64,000 bases of DNA from Hydrolagus affinis (Eukaryota). Below, piece by piece: positions 21,838 to 35,200 of the stretch; the stretch's first letter is position 1; each line of letters starts with the position of its first letter. The stretch lies in the NCBI GenBank assembly GCA_012026655.1, contig JAAILG010001023.1, positions 1-64,000 on the forward strand, in the 5' to 3' direction. The position numbers were made by a program, and so were the translations under genes. The notes under the pieces were generated by a model. The model did not search any database. It saw only the letters and a program-made list of their open reading frames with translations, and had not been told where the DNA came from.

Positions 21838-24199
21838 CTTGGGCGTGACAGACCAATTGCTCTGCTGGCTCGTAGTCAGAATATTGTCCATTCATCCACC
21901 ACATCTAAAACACCCAGTCTCTACGCAGAAATCACAAGGTGCATTTGAAACCCTCAGCGCAGTGTTTTATACCCTTTAATCTAACTGACAAGTTGTTACT
22001 AAAAATGATCAGCACAGTGCCAGGACTCTCCAGGAGTGTAAAAGCATGGCACAGAGGGAAAGCATGTGGGCCTTGTGATGAGCCCCCAGCTACTGAGTTG
22101 TAAAACTCAGCTGTGCAATGGAGGTATCAGAGGAAGAGAGAATCCAAAGGTGTTTGACGGTAGGGGGGAGGAATGGGGGGGATTGAGGGCGGGGAGGTGC
22201 CTGAGAGTCATACTGGCTGTCAGATGGGATCAGATCCTAATAACAGGAGCAGAGTAAATACATCGGAACCCAAACCAAACCAATCTTAAACCGTTTCCCA
22301 AGTGAGCAGTCACTTCAGGATTGATTTTTGAGGAATGTACCCAGGCACCCGCTATATGTTTCTATTTGCATTGCAAAGCAGACATCGTACTGTCTGCAAG
22401 TCTCATTGGAAACCCTCGTTTAGCCACAGAGCTCCACAGTATCTAGGCAAATAGTAAAGCTAAAACAGAGAACAAGAAAGGGGGTAAAGTAAGAAAAAGA
22501 TTAGGCAAGGCAAAGTGTGAGGCAGAGAGAGATCTACCCAGTGAAGGCAGAAGACCTTCAGTCGAACCCTCTTCTCATGGTGACTTATCGAAGTCTGAAT
22601 CCGTGGTTGAGTATTGAGCAAACAATTTACGAAGCTTGTTATCGGTGTTAAATAGGCAGAGAGGCACTGCCGTTACGTTTTCAGATGAAAAGTACGCAGA
22701 GGAGGAGTTCAGAGCACAGACAATAAAATATATAAGAGAGATAAATTAGAGAATTTGAACCCTTTCAAATTTATTGTAAATCGGTGCATGTTACAAAGCT
22801 ACTGCCGTAGGCCTCTTAAGTAATATTCAGACTGGACTTTATATCGATTATAACATTCACAGCTGCATTCTGTTGAGTATTTCTTCGTATTTCTGTGCAA
22901 AAATTTGGGAGTTGTGAGGGAATCCGGAATGTCACCTTAATATACAGTTGATAGACTAATGACAAAACTCCTTTGGACAACAATGCTCAATGCACTATAT
23001 TCCAAAATGCAACCGCACAATACGTCTTGAACTGTTATGAAGTTTGTCTATCTCTGCGGCTGATATGTGCATTTACAAAGCATTTAATCAAGGTGCACCC
23101 ATCTGCACCCCAGTCTTCCTTTCGTTCCCTTAAATGTGCGGTTACTGGCTTGTCCTTTGAAGTGTTTGCAGCCGTTTAAGGCGGTGGGCCAGGGCAACGT
23201 AGAGATTCATTTGGAAAGAAAGTTCACAAGTTACTTAGAAAAAGAAATTGAATTTTTTTTAACAAAAGCGCGCACAATCTTATTTGATTGCAGTGGAACA
23301 TGAACTTATCCCAGCGTTCACACTGACGGCACAAACGTCAAATGATTTGGGATGGATGTATTTTGGCGAGAGCAAATAGCTCTTAAACTAACCACTGGCG
23401 TATAATTGCGGCGTGGCAAGTCAACCCAGCTCAAATGTCTGTCTTCAAGATACGAAGCAAAAGAAAACATTGGGATCTATAAGGATATAATTAGAAATGT
23501 TTTATATTATTATCGATCTGCTTCACTGGTGTGCAGAGTTTTGCAATTTATTTACACAGGAGACCAATTTATTTTACTGGCTCCACACTAACTATTTGCA
23601 TTGACATCCAGGTCTGTCGTGAACAAGCAATTTTGACAACTTACCTATTGAACTGTAACTGTGAATTGTCAGCCTCTGATACTGCTTCTAAACACAGCTT
23701 CATCTAATTACCATACTTTGAGCATCCTCTAGGCCCCTTACTGTTCAGCAGAACCACTAAAATGATATATGCATATTATTAGCATTTTATTCAGTGAGAT
23801 CTTCCTATTAGTTCTACCAACTGATGCTGTGATAAAAGGATTTAATTTTTTTTTCCCCCCGTGCTCTTCTCAGCTGTAGATAAATTAAACCGAGGTAACA
23901 TTGTCCACTGCCTGCAGGGTAGACATTCAATCACAGCCTTGCACAATCTGATAGGTTAATCTCTGTTCACATTGGGTTTAGAGACATTTTTAAAGCCAAA
24001 GCGCTAAGGCATCTGAAAGATGTCACTGACAAGAGGCTACCCGGAGATGGACTGTTGCTGATCTGCCCTTAATGAGCCACTTGCACACTGCTGATAAGGC
24101 CCAGAGATTTACAGACCCAGACAACATTGAGCTCAAACAGGCTTTTTTCTATTGACGTGCTGTCTGTCATTTATATCAGTCATCACCATAGTCGGGAGC

Positions 24200-24480
24200 A
24201 GTGAGCTAAGACAATGGGCCTGTGTCTATGCCCTGCTGAACAGGGACAGATGTCAGATCAGTGATAGAGCTGTGCCAGCTGGAGCCAAGGCACACGTTTC
24301 TTAAAGGCTGCGACGTCACGTGGGGGCAGGCGCTGCCTCGGTAAGTGAAAGCACGAGGTGCTGGATCAGGGGGACAAACAGAAACAGGAAAGTTACAAAA
24401 AAAATGCAATTTCAGCCACTCGTACCCCTTTTGCTCAGAACCAGGTATAAAAACATTTGCACAAGTAAGTTCTAGCGCCC
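24200..24480 (+). promoter_or_regulatory. Candidate promoter/enhancer with overlapping CRE and E-box upstream of a TATA box
   Basis: GACGTCACGTG at 24312-24322, TATAAAA at 24446-24452, strong donor TCG|GTAAGT at 24340/24341, TE-free context. Confidence 0.3.
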
Positions 24481-24832
24481 TGTGCCAGTTCCCGAATTTC
24501 TAACTCGAAAAAGAGCTTGGAAAGGTTTGCTCTGACTCCTCGTTTTACACAGTAATTAATTCATTTCTTGCGATTGTTGTCAAGACCGGTGAATATTCCA
24601 AATAATATATGATTCCACTGCGAGGGCCATGATTCTGCTGCCCTGAATTACGAGAACGACAAATACATCAATGTGTGATTTATCTGTAAATTTAATTTAA
24701 CAGTCAAATGCCGCCTGAATAAATCGTTCCTAGTTATTTGAGTTCAGCGAGATGCAATAGAATAGGGTGAAAGTGCAAACGCTGGAAGGATTTTATCTCT
24801 GTGGTTTTCCTCCTTGTTCTGTACACCTTCAG

Positions 24833-24871
24833 TGAAAACTTCCTGTGGATACCTTTTTATATGGAAGTCTG
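24833..24871 (+). other. Candidate 39-nt exon
   Basis: Acceptor GGTTTTCCTCCTTGTTCTGTACACCTTCAG, donor CTG|GTAAGC, length divisible by 3, open in two phases. Confidence 0.3.
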
Positions 24872-26540
24872 GTAAGCTGTAGGACTAACTCTTGATCTGC
24901 TTCCTGCTTGGCCTGTTCTGTGCTGTTGGGGAAACTGAGATGGTTTTGACTTGTGCCCCTGATTACCTTGTATAAACTACAACACCGGAATCACTTTAGC
25001 TTCAAGACAAAAGTATAGAATGCTTCTCAGGTGCTTGTCAACATGACAAAAAGGTAATGCGTCTCGGTAGGTAATGCTGATTACAGTCGCAACAATTATA
25101 CCCGTGAATTTGTTTCAGTTTTGATTGGTGTCGCTTCAAAATGCTGCTGAGGGTTGAGAAGTAGTCACATTTCTGCCATGAGATTGGCTCTTCACGGTAG
25201 TTTTGTCTTTCATTTCAGGAAGAAGGATCTTCTACTTTTTCCATTGCGTTGCATATTCTATTGCGCTCAAAGAACTTTGTGGATAACCGCTGTCGAGTGC
25301 AGTGACGTTTTTGTTGTAGGCAAAGTGGAGGCCATTGGTACCAAAAAAAAAGTGCCACAAATCTCTAGGATCAATCAATGATCAATTTATCTGGAAGATT
25401 GTTGATCAGGACACCAGGGGAAATCTCTTTCTCTTGTTTCAATTGTGTCATTTATGTTAGTTAATTCTTTTTTTTACTTGGCTCGGGCATGCATCCAGAA
25501 ATGAATTTAAGAAGCGGGACATTTATTCCTTGAGTCTCGGAGTCCAGTTCCATTTCTCAAGCTTTACATTTTACAATTCTTGCCGGTAGAACATAGATGC
25601 CATAGCCCTGCATTACATTTCAGCAACGAGCAGCGCAGTTTCTCAATTGTTGGTAAGCCACAACTGTTCAAAATCCATTTGGAAGGTTTTCAATACAAAA
25701 ATTGGACAACATTGAAATATTAATGCATTTATTTTAATCCTCATCAGCTCTCCTAAGCAAACAGTCCTTTTTCTTGTATGCGATTCATCAATGTGGTTTG
25801 GTATCTTCACTGATTTTCCAATTTGCTGTACTGTCCTGACCTGAGGTTGTTATAGACAAAATATCTTAAACCTATTCTATTGATATCTCATTGTTATTAA
25901 ATTAAATTGAGCAATGACTTGTCAAAGTGCTTTCACATTTGATCTACAATTGTCATATCCAAACCTATGATGGCTTTGCAGTTGCATCATCTGTTCGGAT
26001 TTATTTTTGCATTAATTAAGCTGCTGATAGAGGCACAATGTGCCCTGGCCAATGTCACAAGAACTTACTTTCCCAGGGTCTCTGTGGTATTTAGTGCCAG
26101 GGACGATTGCCGGAGGTTCAGAAAAAGCTTGGGAAGAAGGATGTCAAGTCCATTAATCACTGTTCCAAAAATGTCACTGGGAAGAAACGCTGGCCAGGGA
26201 TTAGCTAGGGTTTTCGATGTAAAATTCATTCAGGCAACTTACAGTTTAGGTCACGCTGTCGCCCATTGCCCGGATTTCTAACAGAAGCTGGCACTTACAA
26301 CCATAATCCTCAAACTACTTGAGGCAGTATAAAGATATGGTACATGAAGACCACAGGCAGCTTTCATAGTTGGTCAAGTTGAAGGTTGTCTGTCTCTTTT
26401 GTCCCTTTATTGTAATATAATGCATATTTATGTGATGCATTAATAAGATGAGCTGCCACAGATAGTACAGTTTTCTTCTCGTGTTTCTTGATTGTCCACA
26501 CGTTCTCTTTCTTGAGTTAGAGAGAAACATTTAAGTTGTA

Positions 26541-26866
26541 TAATAATAATTATATTAATAATCATTGCATTTTGATATAGCTCTTATCGACGTCTCAAAG
26601 CTCTTCACAGAACATACTGCAAAGTGAATTGACTGTATATTTGTGGGCGAAATGCAGCAGCCAGTTGCACGCAGCAATGTCCCACAAACAGATGTGGATT
26701 GAAATGACCAATTTTTTTTATCATTGTGTTTTTTTGGAGATGGATTATTGTTAGGTGTGTGGAGTAAGGAAACTTGCCCAAGGCTTTGCTCTGATCTGCC
26801 AGGATTCAAACACAGGTCTCACGCTTGTAAGGCGAGTGCTCTAACCACTGAGCTGTAGGAGCTCCA
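26541..26866 (-). mobile_element. tRNA-SINE, full length
   Basis: Reverse-complement head TGGAGCTCCTACAGCTCAGTGGTTAGAGCACTCGCCTTACAAGCG; (AAT)n tail on the + strand. Confidence 0.95.
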
Positions 26867-28694
26867 CATAGCCTATGTTTAGTTATTTTAAGATGGAATT
26901 ATTACAAGGCTCTAGTAGTGGGATCTGTCCATGGGTCAAAGCCACATGGGACTATCTTTAATGGAGTTCCAGAGGCAGAACATTGCTTCCTGATAAGATG
27001 TGCACAAAAGCAATGTTAGCAATCAAGGAATGGATAGCTTCCCATTTTAACAAGACTGAGGTGAATGAGACTTTACTGATGCCTATTGTTCCAGCACCTG
27101 GTGCACATTGAACATCTCGCAGAATTGATGGGTTACTTATCATCGAAATGTAGTAGGTCCCATTCACGTGCTTTGCAATCATCTAATTCTGGAGGTAATA
27201 TCTCAAGATCCACGTTTTGGGGTTTGAGACATATGTTATCAAGTGTATCTACTAATTTGAGAATTGCTTTTCTGGAAACCAGAAATTATACTCAGCTTGT
27301 TTTTGTAAAGAGGTTTATACAGTTCGAAGCGATGTGAAGGGATCCCATTGCAACATATGTTATTACATTTGTCTGGAACTGTACATATCCGGATAGTCAG
27401 ATAATGGCAAATCTTCACTGCAGTTCAGTTACATTGAATTGAGAGAGATAGATATATATGAATTGATGTGTCATGTAAGAATAAGAACTTATAACATCAA
27501 TTTAAGAACGTCTTAACCCAAATATAGCAGATAAATGTTTTAACAGCAAAAATCAATACAAGAGTCACCATCTGTCAATCTATATAATTATTTCACAATT
27601 TTGGTACAGTGTTGCACACTTGACAGCATTTTCACAGTAATACACTAAGGCATTCTACAATAATGCGCTGAATATTCATTCTCTTTATTTGTGCTATACC
27701 TTATGAAGAATTGGGAAATATTAATTTCTGTTGTAATAGGACCTGACGTCTTAATATTATGTTGAATTCTTAGAAACCAGGTCCGCAGAATTTCCTGTTG
27801 ACCTGGGTCCATTGGCATTCTACACTTTTCACTTCATGCTAAAAAATATACTCTAACATTTCAACATCGAAGCTGTTCAAATAGCAGGGTTAGATTTATA
27901 ATTGAAAACAAAATCATTGAATTGAAATCATTAAAAAACATGTACACATTATTCCTGCTTGCGTTGTTATCTGTTGTCACCTCCCTATTCTCCTGATTTC
28001 ACCCCTTCTCCTTCGAGTGTATTTTTAAGAAAAACGAACATCGCAATTCTATTATTTATTCTCTAAAATTCTGATGTCAAACCGTTTTCTTAGCTGCCTT
28101 CCTCTGACTGCTTCCATTTGATTTGGGAGCAACTTTGATTTACAGGAATGTCATGTCATGGTTTTATAGGCTATTTTTGCCTATGTAAACTCAACCAAAG
28201 ATATCGACAAGATGTTCTGTGCATAAAACAGTGACCTTCAGTGCGCACACTTCTGCTCTATCAACCTTAAATATATAGTGTGCCCTTATGTGTGCGTTTA
28301 TGTATGTGTATATATATATATATATGTATAATTTTTTTGCCGGAAGTTAGTGTTGCAGTGAAGTAAGGGTTAACAACTACTGATAAACTGAAGGATTTTC
28401 TCCTGAAATCAATGCTTGGTGTCTACAACAGGGTTTTAAGAGCGATGCATTAAAATAATTAAGTAATATTTGCAAAAAATCAATGGCTGGAGAAAGAGTG
28501 GCAAAGTCTCCTAATTGTGCAGAAGTTATCGATTTTTCAGAGTATTACATTCAGTCATATGTATGAAGGCTGCAGAAATGATTGTGTTTTGTCTGTAAAA
28601 GTGTATTTTTTCCCCCACTCTCTCAAGTAAGTTATATTTGCTTCAGTGAGTTAGCCTCATGTACACCATAATCTTTTTCAGCAATCACTCTCGC

Positions 28695-28810
28695 ATTTGG
28701 AGGACGTCCCAAAGTGCTTCACAGGATTTATTATGAAATGAAGCAACAACAACGACGACTTGCATTTATAGAGCGCCCTTCAAGTCACGAGGCTTCTTGG
28801 ACCGCTTAAA
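28695..28810 (-). mobile_element. SINE and L2 3' tail fragments
   Basis: GACGTCCCAAAGTGCTTCACAGG and CAACAACAACGACGACTTGCATTTATAGAGCGCC. Confidence 0.65.
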
Positions 28811-28916
28811 ACCCTAATTCCTTTACTCTTGGGATATCCTACTTATAGTGTTAGACTCAAGCCTTTTGCCAAGTCTCAGGATGCATGTGTCTGTTCATTT
28901 TGTCACAGGACTATGT

Positions 28917-29162
28917 GGAATCCTGTAGCTCAGTGGTATAAGCATGAAACCTGGGTTTGATTCCTTGGGTAGGTTGCCTTACTCCACACGCCTGATATAA
29001 TCCCTACCAAAGAAAGAAAACAATAATAAATTCATCGCTTCAATCCATGACTGTTTGTGGTCATAAACAGTTGCGTTCCGCCCACAAATAAGCAGTCAGT
29101 TCACTTTACAGTATATTCTGTGAAGCGTTTTGAGACGTCCAGAACATGTGAAAAGCGCTGTT
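28917..29162 (+). mobile_element. tRNA-SINE, internally deleted, tail lost
   Basis: TGGAATCCTGTAGCTCAGTGG...GTGAAGCGTTTTGAGACGTCCAGAACATGTGAAAAGCGCT. Confidence 0.9.
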
Positions 29163-31904
29163 TAATTTCCCTCCCCCAACAAAATCTCAAGTTCCTTACA
29201 CATCCTGGTTTGGAATCCCTTTTCAGACTGTAAAGATTATTCAAGGTTCCTCACTCTTTCAAGATTTGTTGCAGCTCTGAGTTTTTATTGCACTTTCATC
29301 CTTGGGAATAGATTTTCAGCAGAAAACGCACAAGTGTCTTATAACAATTTTCAACAGCAGTCGCTTCAGTAGCTGCCGTGCCATACACCAAACGAGGTCT
29401 GGGAGTTGAGATTCTGTTCTGAAAAGAAAGGGCCACCTTCTACCTTTCTAATTAATTGCTGTTTCTCAACCAGGGTGTGTGGATTTCCAGTCCCTGCGCT
29501 CTCTGGGAGCTAGCTTTCTAGTTGTAAATTTGTTCCAGGATCTGATACACTAATGTTCTGCCACTGCTACAGGCACAATCAATAGTCGACCAGCATAGTT
29601 TATAGGTATTTTGTAAATGAGGCTTTGTCTATTCGCTGCCTTTCCCTGACTTTGCAGTGGCTGTTAAATGAAGGCTTGATGCACAGAAGCTTTTTTTTTA
29701 ATTGAAATTTTAATTCTGTAATTTTACATAACATAGCCCAGTGTGTCTACATGCTGATCATTTTCAAACCATGTGCTATGTCGTGTAATTAATTATATAT
29801 ATATATATATGTGTGTGTATTTTTAAAAAGAGCAAGGTGTTCATTCCCACAGACTAGAATATATGTACTAAATCATTCAAGTCGATTTGCAAATGTTGCC
29901 AGAGGCAGCCATTAGAGCTTCAATTTGTTTCAATGAGGTCACATTACTACAATATAAATCATTGCTAAGATTACTATATGGATAGTGCTGGGCATTGCCT
30001 GAGTAAGATTCGGACTGTAGTTGTTAGTTAAAAAAAATTGGATAGAGGAAAATATATGAAAAATTCAAATGATTGAACTGTGGCATAATTCAAACTCAAT
30101 GTATTCAGCAAGACTGCCACTAAATTATTGTATAAATAATAAAATCCAGATGCACTAATATGCGAAAGTGCGGAAGTGAGGTCTTGTCAGCTTTTTAATT
30201 TAGCTTTAATTCTTTGAACTGAAGCATAAATAGCTCCCCCCCACACCCCCATATATTTTCTCTCCACTGTTTATTAAAGACTAAGTCACCCAAAGCTGCA
30301 CTGATGTAAGAAACAATAATCATACACATCATTAGTACAGATATTGTCTCCCAACTGCATTAATAGCGTATGAAAGAGTTTATCCATTAACTTTGTTTAA
30401 AATTCCAGTTAAATGCTTGAGTGCATCAATGCCAGGAATCTGGCTTTCAATGCAATTGCATGACAGATGCATTCATAATTCTTATTTCTCTGGCTCCAGC
30501 TCCGTGTCCTCTTTATGGTTTTTGCCCACTGGAAATCTTTTGTCAAATGATTTTGTTTAAAAAAGCATTTCAGTGGTGTAGGTATTCAGGGTGGCCAGGT
30601 CTCGCTCAGCTCATTGATCAATACATTTCTATCAGTAATAAGATGACACCATTTCCAAACCTCTGTACTCCCTGTCATGTTTTGTGAGCCTCATTGCCTT
30701 TGCCAATCTTGGCCATTTTACCTTGCGTGTGCTCTGTGCTTATCTCCAAATTGTTAACGAAATTGTTAACGAATTGTTAATGAAACCTCAAGAAAAACAG
30801 AGTGAGCAAATGTTCTTTTTTGTTTACACAGCCATTCATAAATACATTCACTATCGGAAACATTTGTGAACCTGTATTTTGTGAAAGTACAGCCACGCGA
30901 TACATGTATTCAAATCATGATCCTGGCTGTTTTTTACAGAGAATGTCGAGAGGCTGGGGGAAGGGAGACAGACCTGCTGATGATGTGTGTAGAGTGAACC
31001 AAATGGAAAGGATGCAATCTTATTACTGTTAGAAAACTATTGATCAAATGGACTAGCAACAAATCGATAAGACTTGTCATCATTTGATCTATTCTGAATA
31101 TCCATGATTGATATCTACACATATATACAAGTTCAGTTTGCAGCAATAAGGTTCCCAGAAGAAAAAAAACTTGAATTTAATTATTTATAAGAACAAGGGA
31201 ATTCAGTGTTGTCTACCCATTGACAGAGTCTACTCAGGAAAGTTTTGATTCGAAGCAAACTGGCTCCCGTGGGGAATGTGCTGTCACTCTCTGTTTTTAG
31301 AACGGCCAAACTTATGATAATGAGAGACAGATTGAGGATTTGTTCACAGGTAATGACACCTCACTACACGGAATCAGACAGGACACTTCTGACAAGGAAG
31401 AGAGATGAAGACTAAAGCGAGATTATTGGAGAATGAATATAGCCTAGTGCCATGGAGATGAATTAGTCATGATGCTTTCATTTGTGTAATCTCGAATGAT
31501 AAAAGACCGATTCTTGCAAGTAAGTTTGTGAAACAAATTAGAAAGATGACTGGCACGGGGTTACTGTAATCTCTTTGAAACGATATAGTTTGAGAGGCCT
31601 GTGGGAAGGATGAATAACTAAAAAGATGGATCTACTGTAGTGTGTCAATAGCAGCATTATATAACTAGGAAATATTTGTACTGGCCAGGTGTCAGAAACT
31701 GCATAATATCTGCCATCAGCAGTCCCAAAGCATTTGGGCATACAGTTGATATCATGGATGAAGAAATGAAATGGGTGGATTTATTATATGAATCAGGGAG
31801 ATCTGAGGTGAGCCTGGAAACTATTGATGATCAACCAACTCATCGTAAATTCATGGAGAGTATAAACAGAAGGATTCCATTCATTGATCCATCATGTCTA
31901 TGAT

Positions 31905-32012
31905 AATAATAATAACAATCCTTGCATTTGATATGCCCTTTACGTCTTCGAGACATTTCCAGGCTCTTCACAGAATGTACTGTAAGGTGAATTGCCTATA
32001 CTTTGTGGGTGG
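31905..32012 (-). mobile_element. tRNA-SINE 3' fragment
   Basis: (AAT)n CCTTGCATTTGATATG...GTAAGGTGAATTG. Confidence 0.85.
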
Positions 32013-32024
32013 ATGTCATCATTA

Positions 32025-32260
32025 CAATGATAATGATCCTTGCATTTGACATAGCGACTTTTATTTTGGGAGGATATCGTATGCATTTCACAGAATTTAC
32101 AGTGTAGTGTAGGCAAACACAGTAGCTAAATTTGTGCTAAGCAATGTCAAATAAACAGCCATGAATTAAATGACCAGTTTTATTTGGGCAAATGTTGTCC
32201 AGGACACTAAGAGAAACTCTCTCATCTTTTTGAATACTGCCATTGGTCTTTCATATGGAT
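32025..32260 (-). mobile_element. Old Deu-domain-type SINE
   Basis: GGCAAACACAGTAGCTAAATTTGTGC...CCAGGACACTAAGAGAAACTCTCTCATCTTTTTGAATACTGCCAT, homologous to 42484-42712. Confidence 0.65.
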
Positions 32261-35200
32261 CAAATTGGGGGAAACAAATGTTTACCCGTCAACAAAATTA
32301 CATTTCTAGAGCGCCTTTCACATCGGGAGGACATCCCAAAAAGAAAGCAGGTGTTTTTTGGGCTAATTTTTGTTTAACAAAAAACAACAGTTTTAATGCT
32401 GCCTTTAATTGTCTTTAAATATAAATGAAGGACAAAAAAATATCAGCTGAATTTGAAGAGCAGTTCACAACATAATTTTTTTTTATGGCTTTCTAAGACT
32501 CTGAGAATAGTAGTTTTATGTCCTCATAACTTTGCTAGTGAAGTCTGCCTTTGTCGCTTGACAGAGAATTACAATCTAATTTTATCAATGGCTCTACACT
32601 CTTACTTTAATCGGTTGATGATGCCCGAGGCGTTTTTTGTTTCTAAAATTCCCTCCTAAGAAAGGATTAAATATCAATCTTACATTAGCCCTGGTGGGTA
32701 GCACTTTAACCCTTAGGCTGTTTACAACAGGATTTTGACAGTTTTCAACGATAACACGCAGAAGGCAGCTGAGACAAAGCATGCAGATCTGACGAGTCAT
32801 TTTGTACATTGTCAAAGTGTTTCCAAACCCTTCTATCTCTTCAGTTATGACCTTATCCACCTCACTACTCTCTGACCCCAGAAAGTTGATAGCAAACATT
32901 TGCAACCACTGGATTTCGGGCCAGCGATCTGATCAGCAGAGAGCTACTGAGTTCAATATATAGTATCAACCAGTTTTTGGCTGATCAGAGACACTGGCGG
33001 TTTCTGTATTCAGTGCAGCTCACGCTGAACGTATTATGTCATATTGACTGAGTGACAAATTTGATGTTCTCTGGCCTATATGCCCACACAGACATGTTTT
33101 GACACAGTGCATTTGAGTGCTAATAACGACATTGTAAGATGTTGGGAAGTGATCTAATTCACCATGCAGAAGCAACTGCACTGTCATTCCCTATTTTCTA
33201 CACAATTGACAGCTGATTCTTAGGGGTGAATGTCTACTTCAGATTGAATTTATAAGATGGTGTGCGGTAAAAAGATAAGAACAGATCCAATACTCTAGTC
33301 CTTTTAGCATCTGTCAATAAACGAAAACACTTTTTTTTTTTGCGCGCAGAAAGCCGCAATGCACTTATGTTTGAAACATGACACAACGCTGTGTAGACTG
33401 CTTACAGCAAATTTTCAAAGGCTCCAGATTTATTTTTGAAAGGACTCAACGTTCAGGTTCAAAGTTAAAAGTTAAAAAAAACTTCCAAAGAATATCTAAT
33501 ATCTTCATGGCATTTCTTAAGCTCGTTATTATGATATTCAGCTGCAAAGCGATGTTTATACCTTGTATTATTTGTCATTTTTCACTCGCTTGATACCATT
33601 TGCAGAATGTAGTTGTAGAATTTGATTTACTGCATATTAACGTAGATAGCAATGCAATTTTATCATCTGGGAAGCATTTATTTAAGCCTTTACATAAAGT
33701 TGTGCTGGTGAAGCAGGCAATAAAGCCTTAATTGATAATTATAACTGTCACCAGATGTTGGTAATTGCAATATAAGTCAAAAATTCATAATGTTCCTGGA
33801 CTTTTAAACTTATTTGCCCACATTGGTGGATGGATTAAAGGGACTTTGTCCTTTAGGCAACCTTTTTTCCTGCAAGTGCATGACCAGTGACATAAATTCA
33901 GTCACAATATACAATACTGTTATTTGTGCTTGATGTGCTTGATGTTATTATGACTGAAATGAGGTAACTTATTTGATTATTTGTTCCTCGTCCGCTCCGA
34001 AGGCTTGTGAACAATGGGACTAACTCACACTCACAGAAACATAGACGTTTGCACACAGCGCAGGAGAAGACTCTTAGAAAGATCTTGTTTTAAAGACACC
34101 CCTATGCATGGGTTTGGAGACAGACAATGAGAAGGCAGAGCATAATTCAGCAATAAGACTGAAATAAAAATCGTGGTTTGAAGGCAAACAAAATGCAAAG
34201 AAAATCTAATAGAACAATTCACTGCAATTAAAATATCCTTTTGAATTAGTCCTCTGGATTTTATTTTTAAGAGACCTATTTTAGGTTTAGGTTATTGTGT
34301 AAAAAGTTGCTCTACAAAATGCACGCAAAGCTTGCAACATTTACATGTTAAGATATCTTTCGAGAAACTAGAGAAAAAGTGACTTTCTGTGTTAATTTAG
34401 GCCAAGGCACATGTAAAAGACTGTACCCAACAAACACCCTACTGATTTCCTCTTTCGTTTTTCATGATGTGGGACTAACATTTCAACTAATTTGTTGTGT
34501 TTGATATTTCAAAACCGCACGGTTTCAAAGATGCGGAGGGAGAATGGGGGTGGGTGGGTTGGGTTTTTTTGTAATAAGAAAGCACCTTTGGTATTTGTAT
34601 TTTGGTGGGAAGGAAGAGGGAGAGGATACAGGGTAAACCAGATGAGTTTGGTCACTTGTATTCGATGTATTGTAAATGTTTTAAAATTTATTGTGCACAG
34701 AAATTAAAGCGATTCGATCTAAAAATAACACGCTGACCTTCTAAAAATAGTTCATTTCTCACATTTAATGGTTCCAAATTACAATTACAAAATAAGGATC
34801 AACCATCAAGAAACCGATGTTTCAAACCAAAATAATGAATGCCATTATTAAAGAAGTTTAGTCCATGTTCCAAAGTAAGTGACATATATTGATTTGTGGA
34901 TGGGCCTCTTAACAACTGCAGTGTGGATTTCAGGGAAAGAATAAAATCCTTGTGAGATATCATGCTTTTGCTGCCCAAGTGGAATACAAATATTGAATGA
35001 GAAGCCAGTTTTCCTATATTAGCAATGACTGAGCGCTTGAAGATCTTCGCTGTTCAAAGATGGTTGGAGACAAGCAAATCCACTGATCCCCATCACGGAT
35101 TGTGTAGCAAGTCAGTCGAGGAACTCATCCACCTGAATGGAGCAATATTCATTTTCAGGGTGTCCTACTATTAAGTACATCAATGTGAGTTCCGCTCTAA

